DNA of 53,765 nucleotides, counting the filler, from Sphacelaria rigidula (taxonomy: Eukaryota): NCBI GenBank assembly GCA_964200075.2. It is 3 parts of 3 records of this genome, joined end to end, with 100 filler letters (N's around TTAATTAATTAA, not from the genome) between each part and the next. Parts side by side here need not be neighbours in the genome. Positions count along the whole stretch, not along the records: positions 17,960 to 35,815 come from CAXNAA020000980.1; 2 more parts are not named here. One strand, given 5' to 3'. Made by a program: the position numbers and the translations under genes. Positions 22,173 through 35,200 of the stretch are shown piece by piece. Position 1 is the stretch's first letter. Every line of letters starts with the position of its first letter. Below the pieces are notes generated by a model, which worked only from the letters and a program-made list of their open reading frames with translations, did not search any database and had not been told where the DNA came from.

Positions 22173-22979
22173 GTGTAGAGGGGAGGGGCTATCATAAAAG
22201 AATCGCTCGGTCCAATCGCGACCGCCGATACAACAACAATGACAACTCTGGTCTGAATTTGTTCACTTTGGGTCACGTAACATCCACCCAGCTCGATCGA
22301 GCTCGTTCCTCGCGTCCATTTCACCGCACGAAGCTACCCCTGAATGGTTCTTCCAACAATCGCCCCAGTTTACATCCGGCTACGCCTCCAGGAGCAATGC
22401 CAGGGTCGGGGTGCATTTTTTTTCTGGGGCTCTTTGCTGTAGGAGCCTCACGATGACAAATAGTTGGGCCTTAGTAGTGTAACGGAGGCTCGTCTGGGTG
22501 GGCTACTGTCATGAGCTTGGAAGGCGTTTATGACTGGCGTCCAAGCTTCTGAGTCACTACGACCTTAGCTTGGAAAGCGACGCAACGCGAACCAACCAGT
22601 CCGGTGAGACGAATAAAAGAGCTCTGAGCAGAGCGGTAAATAATTCGAAGGAACAAGAGTCTTACTTCCAGATATCAAATAGGTATCTACCCATTTATTG
22701 TGTGAGATTATAAGCTTGGGGTGCGAATTAATTGTGGACACACGGCGAATATCTTGGGCAGAATATTCGGATTGAGTGCCCTGTCCATCTTGCAAGTGCG
22801 TTTGCTTGCACGGCTGCATACCCCATCACATTAGGCGAATGATAGCAGTAGGAGTATTCCAAGCTGTAATTCATCTCAGCAAACCAAACGCTCCGTAGCA
22901 TAAACTATACATCCAATTTCTTCATGCTATAGGTCCTTTCTTTCGCCTCTACCCACTCAACTTCTCGTTACTCGACCCC

Positions 22980-22980
<1 letters not shown>

Positions 22981-23017
<37 letters not shown>

Positions 23018-23372
23018 GTTCCATATATTCTGCACGCCAGTCTACACCTTCCGGTGTGTGTGGGCGCATCAGGAGGGAGGCCAAGATAAGAGCTCGTTTC
23101 TTTCTTCTTTTTTCTTTCTTATTTTTTCTTTTGTTTCTAGTACTCCACCTTCCTTCTGCGGTGCTTTCCTTCATTTTTGATCGCAAGAGGGGTTCAGTGG
23201 TCCCTTTCCCTCGTCGACCGTGAAGTCGAAACCTGTGCACTGACGACGTGGTCGCTCTCCACTGTTGTGCATGATGTGACAAAAACTCTCAGATCGTGTG
23301 ACAGCGATTCGAACCCACGACCCAACCAACAGAAGCTTCCAAGGTTACCAACCAAGCCACCGGATCGGTCGG
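22981..23372 (-). mobile_element. tRNA-derived SINE (second copy) with a (CA)16 tail
   Basis: TGGCTTGGTTGG A-box, GGTTCGAATC B-box; colinear with the 12327 copy. Confidence 0.8.
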
Positions 23373-23489
23373 TATCTAGCATGCTGGAGATATTTTTCTC
23401 GACTCATTCAGTTCTTGCCCCGACGAAAAAACTCTCCTTACACTCGACCGATTCGTTGCTTTGCCGAATCAAGCTGCAGGCAGAACTGT

Positions 23490-24550
23490 CAGATGAAGCG
23501 GCGTAAGTTTCGGATTGTTTTTGTCCGCATTTAAGGATCGGGACGGAAGAGGGAAAATCCGGTAATGGTATCAATTGCACACTCAAAAAAAGGTTCAGCG
23601 TCAGCATGAGCTTTTCAGCGGCACATGAAGCCCTGTTTCGAGAACTCCACGCTGAAATCCGATGTGCCTCTTCAGCCTTCAGTACGGGACGAAACGGCAT
23701 CACCACCACCCGCACCGCCACCGCTACAGCCAATTCTCAATCAATACTCCATAACACGCGAAGGGGGACGTGCTTATCACAATGCACCAGTGATGAAGTA
23801 GCGACGCTTGGCATCGCAAACAAAGGACCTCCCTGCCACCGCCATGGTATCAGCGTTCGCTTGGTTGCGTTGCGTGAGATTCAAATACTCGGCGCGTTGA
23901 AGACATTGCCTTGGGTTCAGCTCTTCACTCTTTGCCAAAAACCTCAGCAGGAAGAAGGCGGTGTGAACGATTCCTTCTACTACAGCGCACAAGCAACGCT
24001 GCATCTGGTTGCACTACCGTTCCGGTAGAGGGCATGATGTCTGGCACCACCGTTATGGATGGCATGTTGCAAACGCATTTCAATGCAGTATTGTCTGTTC
24101 TTTGGAAGTGCTGCCGTATTGTCTCTGAGATATCACTGGATTTCATCGTACTGCAACGTGTTGTAGATGTCTGCATTGCATTATACTGCACTGCCTCTGT
24201 ACTCTACACTACACAATACTACAGTACCCTGCACTGCACTGTAGTGCAGTGAAGTAGTGCAAGTGCAGTGAAGCGTAGTGTACGGTACGATGCGGTGCCG
24301 CAGGGTACAGCGCAATACAGAATCACTGATGCTGTACATCGCTGTGCTGACCTATGTATGCACTTCAAAAACGGATGCTGGTCGATCGAATATTTGGCCG
24401 GGCAACCTGCCGCCGTTCACTGCGACAAAAAAAGAACCGTCGAACCACCTCACGTCAGCTTCTCTGTTCTGAACGTTTCAGAGTTCACACTGAAGTCTCA
24501 CAAGCTTCCACTCTGATTCTGAAACTGCTCTTGTTTTTTCCGCCACTTTC
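23490..24550. mobile_element. ~1-kb dispersed non-coding element, copy 1
   Basis: Colinear with 27850-28975, e.g. GCCATGGTATCAGC.TTCGCTTGGTTG and GGGCAACCTGC.GCC.TTCACTGCGACAAAAAA. Confidence 0.75.
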
Positions 24551-24571
24551 TATTGTATCCGGCTAAGGGCA

Positions 24572-24816
24572 ATGCTACGGTAAGGGTGCACTTTTTGCGC
24601 AAAATGTTGTCTGGGTCAGGGGCTCCTAACGATTCTACACACACAAGAATATGGGTCAGGGCATCCCTATTTGCAAACGCATTCGGGATACCCTTGCACA
24701 TTGGAATAGTAATCCTGACGTACCATGACATATTTCATAAGTCGTGTGTCGGATGAGATGAAGGGCTCCTGACAATTCCAACCTCACAAAATATTCGTGC
24801 ACCCGTACCGTAGCAT
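24572..24816. mobile_element. MITE
   Basis: 20-bp TIR ATGCTACGGTAAGGGTGCAC / GTGCACCCGTACCGTAGCAT (1 mismatch). Confidence 0.75.
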
Positions 24817-26089
24817 CCCTCTTAATTGGATGCAGTTTTCGGTATTTCCAACACAGTATAAAATCACTGCTGGACCCCTCGGGGATCAGTGAAAGTGCGA
24901 CAACAAATCAATCAACACATTATCCCTTGACTGATGTCATCGTACGGGGGGCAGAACCAACCCAGAAAAGCGATCACGGGAGAATGAAAACGGAATCGTT
25001 ATTGATAGCTGTTTGAAGTTATTTGTACTGCGCGCCCCCGGATGTGCTCACCGTGACAAATCCGCCTTTTCCGATCCTGTCCCCCTTGATGTATCCATTC
25101 ATTGTCTGCTTTCGGCGCGGACGCTCCTCACCGCTTGATTTATTCTGTGTGGTCGAGTAAGTCAAGCAGCGGCCCAAGAGCGCATGCCGGGGAAAACTAG
25201 GATGTCATCGGCCATAGGGGTAAGTGACCGGATGGATGTAGAGGAAAGCAACTATGTCGAGCAACAAGTACGAGGAAATCATGACATCCCACGTGTAAAT
25301 GAAGAGGTGCCCCCGGTGTCCCTATCCCGGTCTCGGTGTCCCAAATCTGAAGAGTGCCCCCAAGCTTGAGGGCCCCGTAACCTGCCACAGATCCCGCACA
25401 ATCACCCAGGAAACGTACATGTTCTCGTCCGCTCTACTTTCACGACATTCAAGACGTGAGTGATACCGCGGTAGGGGATGCACTTTTCAGTCCAAGAGCT
25501 ATAGTCAAGGCTGCACACTAAGTCCCATATATTTGTCATTGAGAGGCTGCTGCAACAAAGAGCCCCGGGAACACAAGTGCACTCCTACCGTGGCATTGCT
25601 CGCGTATATCATGCTACGTCTACGATATCCATGCGTGTAGACGTAACGAAAACACCTCGTGGGGGACCCCTAGTCGGAGCGATGGAACACAGCTCAAGAC
25701 TGTCCGCTAAGACGAACGGAATTTTCGCGCTCCAGATTTATAAGCGCCATGCACACGAATTCGTGGCGAGTCACAAGGGACAAGTCATTCTTCAAATAAA
25801 AATCGATATCCGTGTGATCGGTGACCGATTCGAACCTTGTCATCTTTTTCGCTGCTTTGCTTCGTGTGAACACTTTTTTGCTCGTCCCGTCGTCCAGCAC
25901 ATGACGGCGCGCGGTCCTCCTGCCCCTTTCGAGATGCGGTCTCGGCTCTGACGGACGAAAATCATACACAAAAAATTGAACACACGCGCCCAATCGCCGT
26001 TAGACGTGACACACAGATCAAGGCGTAGCCTATGAGTTCAAATTCTTCACATTACCCCAGGTCCTCGTAAACCCTATTACTGCCAGAGG

Positions 26090-26391
26090 TAACAATGTTT
26101 TCGTGAAAATGAGAGTAGACGACACGATATAGAGTGAAAAGCGGTCAATTAATTAATGAAGCGTTTCAGTTCCGAAATGCCCCTTCACGAGGCCGGACAT
26201 GCTTTTTGTTGTAGCTTGCCACAGAGGCCCTTGATCTCCCTGAGTAGGATCTCGACGTGTAGCTGTAAGCACACGCCAGTGCTGGAAGCAAAGAAAAGCA
26301 CGCACGGAATGGAAAATTGTTCGAGTTGAAGCGAATGATCAAAGCCACTCTTAATCACCGCTCTATTCTCAATCTCACGAAAACGTCGTTA
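26090..26391. mobile_element. MITE
   Basis: ~30-bp imperfect TIR TAACAATGTTTTCGTGAAAATGAGAGTAGA / TCTATTCTCAATCTCACGAAAACGTCGTTA; TA at both ends. Confidence 0.7.
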
Positions 26392-27849
26392 GGTGTGCAT
26401 TGATGTTTTAACACGCCGAAAGTTTGGTTCCCAGAACGACACGCACCTCACCCTCTCTCCAAACAAGGAATAAGCTAACTTCACTCCAATGAATTGCACC
26501 ATCATGTAATGTGCTGTGCTGTGCTCTGCGGGCGTGTGTGCGACGCTGAAGGTAGGTGGGTACGCAGTGCAATGCGGGCTCAGACCAAGAGCAGCAGATT
26601 TCGAAGGGCCTGAAATAGCGCCCCGACCGGAAAACGTCTAAAAGTGCTGCACATTGCTCGTTGTCTTGGGAAACAAAGCGTTCGCAATCATGTTTGTTTC
26701 CCAACCAGCAGCGCGCGCCTCACCCGCTATACATTTGAAAGGACCGAATCTTGAGCCCACGAGCTCCACGTGCGTGAGTCATCATGTGCTGTGATCAATC
26801 TGGCCGCACTAGTTATTCTGGATATATATCTTGGGTTAGGGGTCGGGTGCGGATGACTACATACGGGTACTGATCATTTGAACAATAAAATGTTCATACG
26901 TTGCGGGAGATAGAGAATTAATGCACAATACCCCCACAGTGATGTAAAATCGCGATGGCACACGATGGCGCGTCATGCGCATGCATGAACTGCACGCGTC
27001 GAGACACTCGTACCCATTTTTTTCTGGTTGTCAATATTCATCTCGGGTAATGACTTTTGTGAGGAGGTCTCACTCCTAAGTTCCCTATTGATTTGGCCCT
27101 CAACTGGTGCGTCTCTAGTTCAGAGAGGATGCAATATAAGAAAACGGTATTTGGATTCGAGGGTTCATCTTCATGATTCTTGCCCCTGCTCGACGAAGTA
27201 TTGTTCTACAACAAGGCAACCCCGCCGTAAGGCAATCTTGTGTTCGTTATGCGTTATCCCGTGCCGTGCTCTGCCGGGGGTGTGGGTAACGCTGACGGTA
27301 GATACGGCAGTGTAGTACCGGCTGAGAGCAAGAACAGAGGAGAGTGAACTCGAGTTCGAACGGCTCGCAAAAAGGATCGCGTGCTCTCTTTTCTAGTTTG
27401 CAAACAAAGGAAATATGCAACAACAGTATGCAAACAACGGTCGAGAGCGAATACCCTACAGCAGCTAGTGGGGGCACGAGCATTTCCTTCGTGAACTACC
27501 CCGTCAAGTGTCGTTCGTTACTCGGAGCTGTGTCGAACACAATGAAGTTATCATTCATTGTTCACGCCGGATCATTTTGAACAATCTGACTCGTCGGCTA
27601 TGGGTTTTGGGTTAGACGTTCTGAATTTTGGGAGAAACATGTCGTGTACTGAACCTTGAGTATACCCCCGCGAGTGGAACGGTTTTGAGTCTAGGGTGCC
27701 ACCAAGCATTTGACAACCCGCTCGCGGTTAAATATGGGGGGCTGACTTTGCAACAGGATACGCAATAATTGATTCTTGTTGTTGGGTCATCGATGTTGTG
27801 TCATGTACCTGGAAGCAATACCTCCTGTAAGTAAAGTTGTAATTTTAAA

Positions 27850-28975
27850 TCAGGGGGGGCGTTTTACACGGAGTAATTCATGTTTTGGATTCCACAGAGA
27901 GTCAGAGTGGAAGAAGATATAGCCGGTAACGGTGCACGTTCCACCATGAAGCTTTTTTCGGAGCCAATTGTTCATAGCCATAGTCCCGTTTAAGCTTCTC
28001 CGCTCTGACAAGCGATGTGTCTCTTCAAACCTCACAGCGGAACGAAAACGAATGACCCCCATCTCCACCATCACCGCCACAGCCAGTCCACAACCTATAT
28101 ACCTCAACAAGCAAAGTGGGACATCCATCACAACTGCCATGCTCATCACAATGGAACAGCCACGAAGTAGCAACGCTTGGCACCGCAATTAGGGGACCGC
28201 TCTGACGCTGCCATGGTATCAGCATTCGCTTGGTTGTGTCGCGTGAAATTTAAATGCTCAGTGGGTACACGACGCTGCCTTGGGTGCAGTTCCTCACTCT
28301 TCCCAGCCTCAGCTGGAGGAATACGGTGTGAACGATTGGTAGTCTACAGCGCACAAGCAGTGCTACACCTGACAACGTTGTCATTCCGTTAGAGGTCATG
28401 ACGTCTTGCACCACCCTTATGGGTGGCATGTTGCAAAACTATTACAACGCGGCTTTCTATGTTGCTTGGAAGTGCTGCATACTGTAATACTACTTACTAC
28501 CAGCTGTGTGTACGGTATCCCCGTACTCGACCGTACCGCAATGTACTGTTGTAGGGTTCTGCTTGCACTTTTTGTACCGCATTTATGTGCTCTACCCTGT
28601 ACAGCACTACAGTACTACAGTGCCCCGTAGTGCACCGTAGTGCGCAGTGAAGTAGTGCAAGTGCAGTGAAGTGTACGCTACGGTACGGTACGGTGCTGCA
28701 GGGTACAGTACAACACAGACTCGCTACTGTTGTTGTACAGTCAGTGCTGTGCTGCCCCATGCATTTCCTAACTGGACGCTGGTCGGTCGCACATTTGGCG
28801 GGGCAACCTGCGGCCATTCACTGCGACAAAAAAAACTCCGCGTCAAGCAACGTCACATCAGCTTCGGCTATGAACTTTCAAGTCTCCACTTTGAACCTTC
28901 AAAACTTCCACCCTACAGTTCTTCCACTCTGACTTTACGATGCGAAAAAATATGTTGCGCAACTCTCCACTTTCG
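27850..28975. mobile_element. ~1-kb dispersed element, copy 2; probable non-autonomous DNA transposon
   Basis: 16-bp inverted repeat AGTCAGAGTGGAAGAA (27900-27915) / TTCTTCCACTCTGACT (28919-28934) near its ends. Confidence 0.75.
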
Positions 28976-29174
28976 TCGCTAGGAACCTTTCTGAATTTTC
29001 TCGTATAGTTCTTCCTTAGCACTCGAAAGTTCGAGCATCGATAAATATCGGGAAACGAAGCAGGTCGTGCTGAGGGCACAATCCTCGATTGGTGTTGTCG
29101 GGGTCACGCGGAGTAAGTACCTCGTTTGTCAGGGGGTGTTGTCGACCGTCACTAGTCCGAAAAACGCAGTTGTT

Positions 29175-29860
29175 CGGATCTAGCGTGATGAATGGAAAAA
29201 GAACGAAAATAGCATTATTTTTCACTTTGTTCACGAGAGCGATCGGGAGGCGGTAGCTCAACTGGCCAACGAAGATCTGACGTAGTGTCCATAAAGCTCT
29301 CTATTGATACTTTTCGAATTTGAAAATATTGCCCGTCACCACTGGCCGCGTGCAACAATGCAACAGATCATAGAGCAGTAACGACAGAGTCATGTACCCG
29401 AAGACGCAACTCACTACTTTCTGTCCACTCACGCATGGGAGGATGCGCCATGAGCAGCAGGCTCGTCATCCTTGTGTTTAAATAATCTGGCAGTCTCCTG
29501 ATCGTGTGCTTCAAGTCTGCAAAAGCACACCATCAGGAAACTGCAAAAATATTCCAACACAAGGATGACGAGCCTGCTGCTCATGGCGCATCCTCCCATG
29601 CGTGAGCGGCAGAAAGTATTGAGTTGCGTCTTCGGGTACATGACTCTGTCGTTATTGCTTCGTGATCAGTTGCATTGTTGTACGCGGTCAGTGGTGATGG
29701 GCAATATTTTCGAATTCGAAAAGTACAAATAGAGAGCTTCACGGACACCACGTCAGATCTTCGTTGGCCGGTTGAGCTACCGCTTCCCGATCGCTCTCGT
29801 GAAAGAATAAAAAAGGAATATTATTTTCCAGTGTTTACCTATTAATTACGCTAAATCCGA
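29175..29860. repeat. Long inverted repeat (foldback), ~340-bp arms with a tiny loop
   Basis: Arms pair almost throughout; ~50 bp of perfect pairing at 29428-29478 vs ~29556-29606. Confidence 0.92.
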
Positions 29861-30503
29861 GAGTCATCCTACGATAGGGGGGGGGGGGTATGTGGTTGCG
29901 CGAAAAAAGAGGGCAATAGGCGTGTCAGACGACCTGCCACACTCGCGGTGCGCTTGTATTTGGTTAGAAACGATGTCAAGGAGTATGAATGAGCGTTGTG
30001 TATCTATGACAAGCTCGTTAGAACAACCGTTGCTGCTTCCAACGACAATTTGACTAGGAGTTTCGTGTGAGAATTCACCCGAACCCCCCCCTCCCCCTAT
30101 TGCTTACATTGTGTACTTGCTTTGTTGCTTAGCCTACTCTGTGTGTTTGTTCCATCATTCTGTTTTCTTTACTGTCCTCCTACGAGTTTTACGTGTCGTA
30201 TTTTCTCGGGTGCTCTCTTATGTGGCCACGGCATGATCCCTGGGAGATCAGTGAATATCCGATAATCATTCAATCGAAAAAATAAAGGAAGAATTTGTCC
30301 AATTTTCTCGTGTAGAGGGGTGTTACGAAAGGGGCAATCGCCAAAAACCGGTATATCACCTGTACTTTCGCTGAAGACGGGTATAGCGGAGAACCCACTT
30401 CGGAAGTGCGACAAATGCAGTCACCCTGAATGCCCAAATCACGCCGCCAATGGATTCTGGCGAGATGCACGCGCGGTATACCTGTTGGTGAAAACTCAAT
30501 TTG

Positions 30504-32283
30504 TAGGGCTGTGAACTGGACCAGTTTGTACTGGCAGTTAAACTAGAACTGGAGTTTAACTGGAATTGGTAATGAGGACTCCAGCTTGTCCAGTTTATTT
30601 GAAGTTTGCCGTTACCGGCTATGTTTATCCCATTCTCAGTATAGGGAGTTTACAACAGAGATGCTTACATCATTACGAACAAGATGACAGTAGGATTGGG
30701 GTCTGCACCTGGCAACAGTACAGGTACAGACAGTGCAGTACGGTACTCGTGGTCACTACACCTCGAAGTGATACTGCGGATATATGCCAGGTTTGACGTT
30801 CCATAGCACGACATCTGGAATCAAAAATAGGAAACAAACGGTAATCCGCGATCACAAAATACAGGGGTACACCATGGCTTGCAATTCAACTGTATGGGTG
30901 CTTGTGGGTCCGGACGTGAATCATTTTGCGCTCTTATCCCCACGTGCTGCCGGCATTGGCTTGTTTGCACCCTCCTCTCCTCACGGAGAGTCTGCTGCTG
31001 CATATTGCACATCAATGGTTTTCGAGTCGCTCACCGCTTTGAATGGGATTTGAATGTCATCCGAGGGTGCCCAAAAACCCAATCCGAGACCCTATGCCCC
31101 TTTTTCGAATCCTGGAGTTTTTCGGGGGGGAAGGGGGTTACTAAATTCCATACATGAATAAAATAAATGAGAAATGAAAAATAAAATATAAACTACGAAG
31201 TATATAAACATTTAAATTTCGTTTTAATGAAGCTTTAATTCTTCGCATACCTTGGGAGCCAAGTTATGTAATGGGTTTCGGCAATACATTACACATCACA
31301 CCTCCTCGACCAGAACAAGACCAGACGAATACCACCATGCTCTCTGCAAAGCTTGCTCAATCAAGATAAACGCATCTATTTGCACCGTCAATTTGCGTCC
31401 AATGTGCGTCGCAACTAACACGGGATCTAACAAATTGGGTATGGATCTTTTACCGGGGATGAAAACCCGGAGAACTAAATATTCGGATCCACACCAAATC
31501 TTCGAAGTATGCTTCCATTTCTTCACTTGCTGGTAGCTATGGACAACTACTACACGCCATACGAATTTGTACTCCGATAACCGAAACGTCGGGGTCTTAC
31601 GTGAAAAACCAATTTTGGTGTCCGATCGGACTCAAAATCCTTCAAAATTGGTTCGTCACCTAGGACCCCGATATTTCGGTTATCAAAGTCCAAATTTGTA
31701 TGGCGTGTAGTAGTTGTCAATAGCTACCAGCATGTGAAGAAATGGAAGCATACTTCGAAGATCTGGTGTCGATCCGAATATTTCATTTCTCCGGGTGTTT
31801 ATCCCCAATAAAATATCCATCCTCACTTTGTGAAACCCCGTGTTGTCTTTTGGTGGCAGATAGGGTCAAGAATCATGGGCGCTATCTCAACCAAGTCGCC
31901 CCTTGGCTATTGAGTGTTTCTTGATGTAAAAAGAAAAAAGTCCCACGACCGCCGGAGAGGGGGGGAGGGTACATAGGGTCTCGAAGGTTTTGTTTTGGGC
32001 ATTCCTGTGTCATCTAAGACTTTTAGTTCCTCAATGTGAGGGGTCACGTTTTCTACAATTTCCGAGATTTTTGAAGGAAAAACAAGCCAAATTGCGCAAT
32101 TTTTCTCGCCTCCGACGGCGCTCCCGCGAGGTCCCCTCACCAGCCGGGGGGAGCCGTTGGCGGCTCGCCCGACTGTTTTCCAGTTGATTGGCGAAACCGA
32201 TTAACTGGAAAGCAATCGATGTACTGGCCGCTGGCGCAACCAGTTCGAACTTGACTGGCCAGAGCAGCCAGTTCACAGCCCTA
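30504..32283. mobile_element. Non-autonomous hAT-type DNA transposon
   Basis: Perfect 16-bp TIR TAGGGCTGTGAACTGG / CCAGTTCACAGCCCTA; perfect 8-bp TSD TCAATTTG (30496-30503, 32284-32291); subterminal AACTGG/CCAGTT repeats. Confidence 0.92.
31415..31845. repeat. Long inverted repeat nested in the hAT element
   Basis: e.g. ATCTTCGAAGTATGCTTCCATTTCTTCAC / GTGAAGAAATGGAAGCATACTTCGAAGAT. Confidence 0.9.
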
Positions 32284-35200
32284 TCAATTTGGCTTTTGTC
32301 GGTTTTTGGCGACGACTTCATCGGGTATTAGCAATCGCCGTGCCTCACAGCTGGTTCCTGGCCAGCCCCAAGACATGTACGCGTCACCTAGCTATCTATC
32401 AACTTTCGGTGGCTGGCCGCAAAAAGTCGGGAGCGCTGTTTTGTTATTCCTCCCCACAATCACGCGGCGGTTCGACAGCTTCGAAGAGGACGGCCACGTA
32501 AACCATGGCGGAGAAAAAAAAACAGTTGAAAACAGAATGCTCCATCCTCACTGAATTAAATCGGCTGTAAACGTTCGCGCGCATGGACGTCAAGTATCAG
32601 AAAAATCGATGTAACTATTCCTCTCTTCAGTATCGTGCCCTGAGCGTTGCCCCGGCAGGGGTGCACAGATCATTTCTCTGGGTTGAAACGTCAAGAGCCC
32701 TGTATCTTATCCAAAAAGCGGCTAACGGAATATATGACAGCACGCCACGATAAGAACCATTCTAATAGACAAGAGGGATGTCCCGGATCAATTTTGGAGC
32801 GGGAATGCCCTGATGCATATTTGTGTGTAGCTCGGGAGTTCAGAGGCTCCTCAATAAGCAATACAGTAGCCAGACTTAGAATATGGTTTTCACTAGATCG
32901 GGATTTTTCCTCAGACGACTTGTCCTCTTATCTCGAGATTTTGAGAGTCGGCAGACATTGGAAATGACGAACGTCGTGCTCGGGACACATTTCATAATCT
33001 TGTGTCGTCGAAACGATACAGAGTGAACCTTCCTATATCGTGGGGGTGTTATCGTCCGCATGTGGCCAAACACACCGTTTTTCGGCTGTAGCGCATTTGT
33101 ATCAAGAGAATAGAACAACTGAAGTCATAGAACTGTTTATTACAACGATGCGAATCGGCTCGGTCGAGCGAAAATATCAAGAGCAGAACCCGGAGCTCTA
33201 CACTCGCTGCACCGAGGACCGGTGAGCCGTATCTCATTCAAGATTGATCGCAGATCATGTTGTCCTCTCGAACCGTGTGTTAGATACTCATGTCTCTCGA
33301 TTACCAGAGTTTGGAATCGAACAAAAATCGTGATGAGTCGTCGTAACCAAAAACCCACCAAAACATCGTTTGAATCGAAACCGTTTTGATAAGACTTCAG
33401 CAAGTATATCTGGCCCCAAACTTTCCTTCCTTACGTTGGTACGTCCTCCGCTTTGTTTGCCCGGCCCGTTGCCTGCGCTTGGTCGGAAATAACTTTCCGC
33501 TTTTCTCCACGCCTCGCCGATGACATTATTGAAGCCGTTTCACTGCTGAAGTGGCAACACAGAAGCATGAGGAGCAGGTAAGAGACAGCAGCGGTAGGTG
33601 GGGGGGTTATGAAGCTGTCTGGAGGTACTACATTTGATAAATACCCTACCGTCCCCGAACAAGTTCAAAGCTCACGTACAATCAGTCTTGAACATATCTC
33701 TTTTTAAGCATTCGTAGCATGGACTAGTGTTAGGCTTAGAGTCAGGGGCGTGGTCACTGCAGGGACTGGCCTCCCATGCACTACACTGGTACTATCGATA
33801 TCATGGTTGTCTGAGATCGTCGGTATATGTTTTTTGGGGTATACCTCTAACGTTTCTGTGGGCTGTTTGAAAAATCGCTTCGTTTGGCCAAAAGTCGAAG
33901 TCGGTGCACTACAAAAGGTCGGAAAGGGCACCGGAATCCTTTCGGGAAAATACGGCAAGACTTTCCGAGGTGGAAAAGTGGCAAAGCCTCGTTTTACGGT
34001 AGTTCTCAGCTAAAAAAAGGGATTCTTGCGATGGCTTCGTAGTCGACATTTTCCGAAAGTGCTTTCGCGTGCCACCGCTTATCACAATGCACGTTCGATT
34101 CCAAAGTTTGGGGATCGGGACACACTAGGCATCCGCTCCAAAATCCGATACAAAATCCCCTTCGCACTCAATTTTGAACGACAAACGGCCTGATCGATTT
34201 TCGGAGGTCTCGCGACCTACCCAACCCCAGGTTCTGACCCTGGGTACTCATGCTTGATTGAAGCAGTCCTGATTGTTCTAGTGAACGAGTGAAAATGAAT
34301 GTTTATTTTTAGTTTTTGCCTGATCATCGTGCTAGACCCAAAATACTGTGTGCTTGTAGACCATTGGCAGTCGATAACACCCGCCTGATGAACGAGATAC
34401 TTTCCCCGTAACAATCTGAAAAAACCGATTAAGGATTGTGTCCTGAGCATGACCTTTTTCTTCTCCCAATATCTATCGGCCGTAGAACTTTCGAGTGCTA
34501 AGGGAAACAAAAGGGGGAAATAGGGGGGGAAATAGGGGCTTTGCACATACCTTATGTACATTGTGTCAAAATTTCACAGTAAACGACCCAAAATTGAGCA
34601 GCGCGATCCCGCTTTTCTGTCGAAAGCCGGTTCCTGTATGAAGACGTGCGAAACAGACTCCCTGATGGGTATATGGTATACGAGCAAAATCCGCTACGGC
34701 TTCATGCGGGAGTGCTTCTGGGTTGTTGAATTTTTTGCTGAGATGGAAAAAAATCGATCAGTGTCTTACACATCCACTTATGTTCGTGCTGGTACAGCAT
34801 GTCGCAGGGAAAAGCGCGAAATTTGCATGTTGAACTCGATCTGTGCCGTCGATCGACAAATTGGTTCCCGTGTGGAAATAGGCAAAATCCTTGTACGAGT
34901 TCAGCATATCGCATCGAAATTGCCTCGAAAACCATGCTAGAGTTGATTGGGTTCAGGGCTCGTGTTGACCACGTGCGAGCACACGCGAAAAGATATCGTA
35001 CCCCGAACAAAAAAGTAATATCTTCTACGGGAGACAGGGGTAGAAAAATATCGATAAACATCGTCCAATACAACAGACCGTTGCCAGGACAAAAGTTTGG
35101 ACAAAGGGGGTCATCAATCGGCAGGTATCACCGTCAGCTCAATATTATGCGAACGTTGGGGGGGGGCTAGCGAACTGGGACAAAAAGTGAGCACCGCCGA

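Noticed and set aside
25694..25993. Isolated 99-aa ORF or exon
   Set aside because: No recognisable domain and no supporting neighbouring exons.
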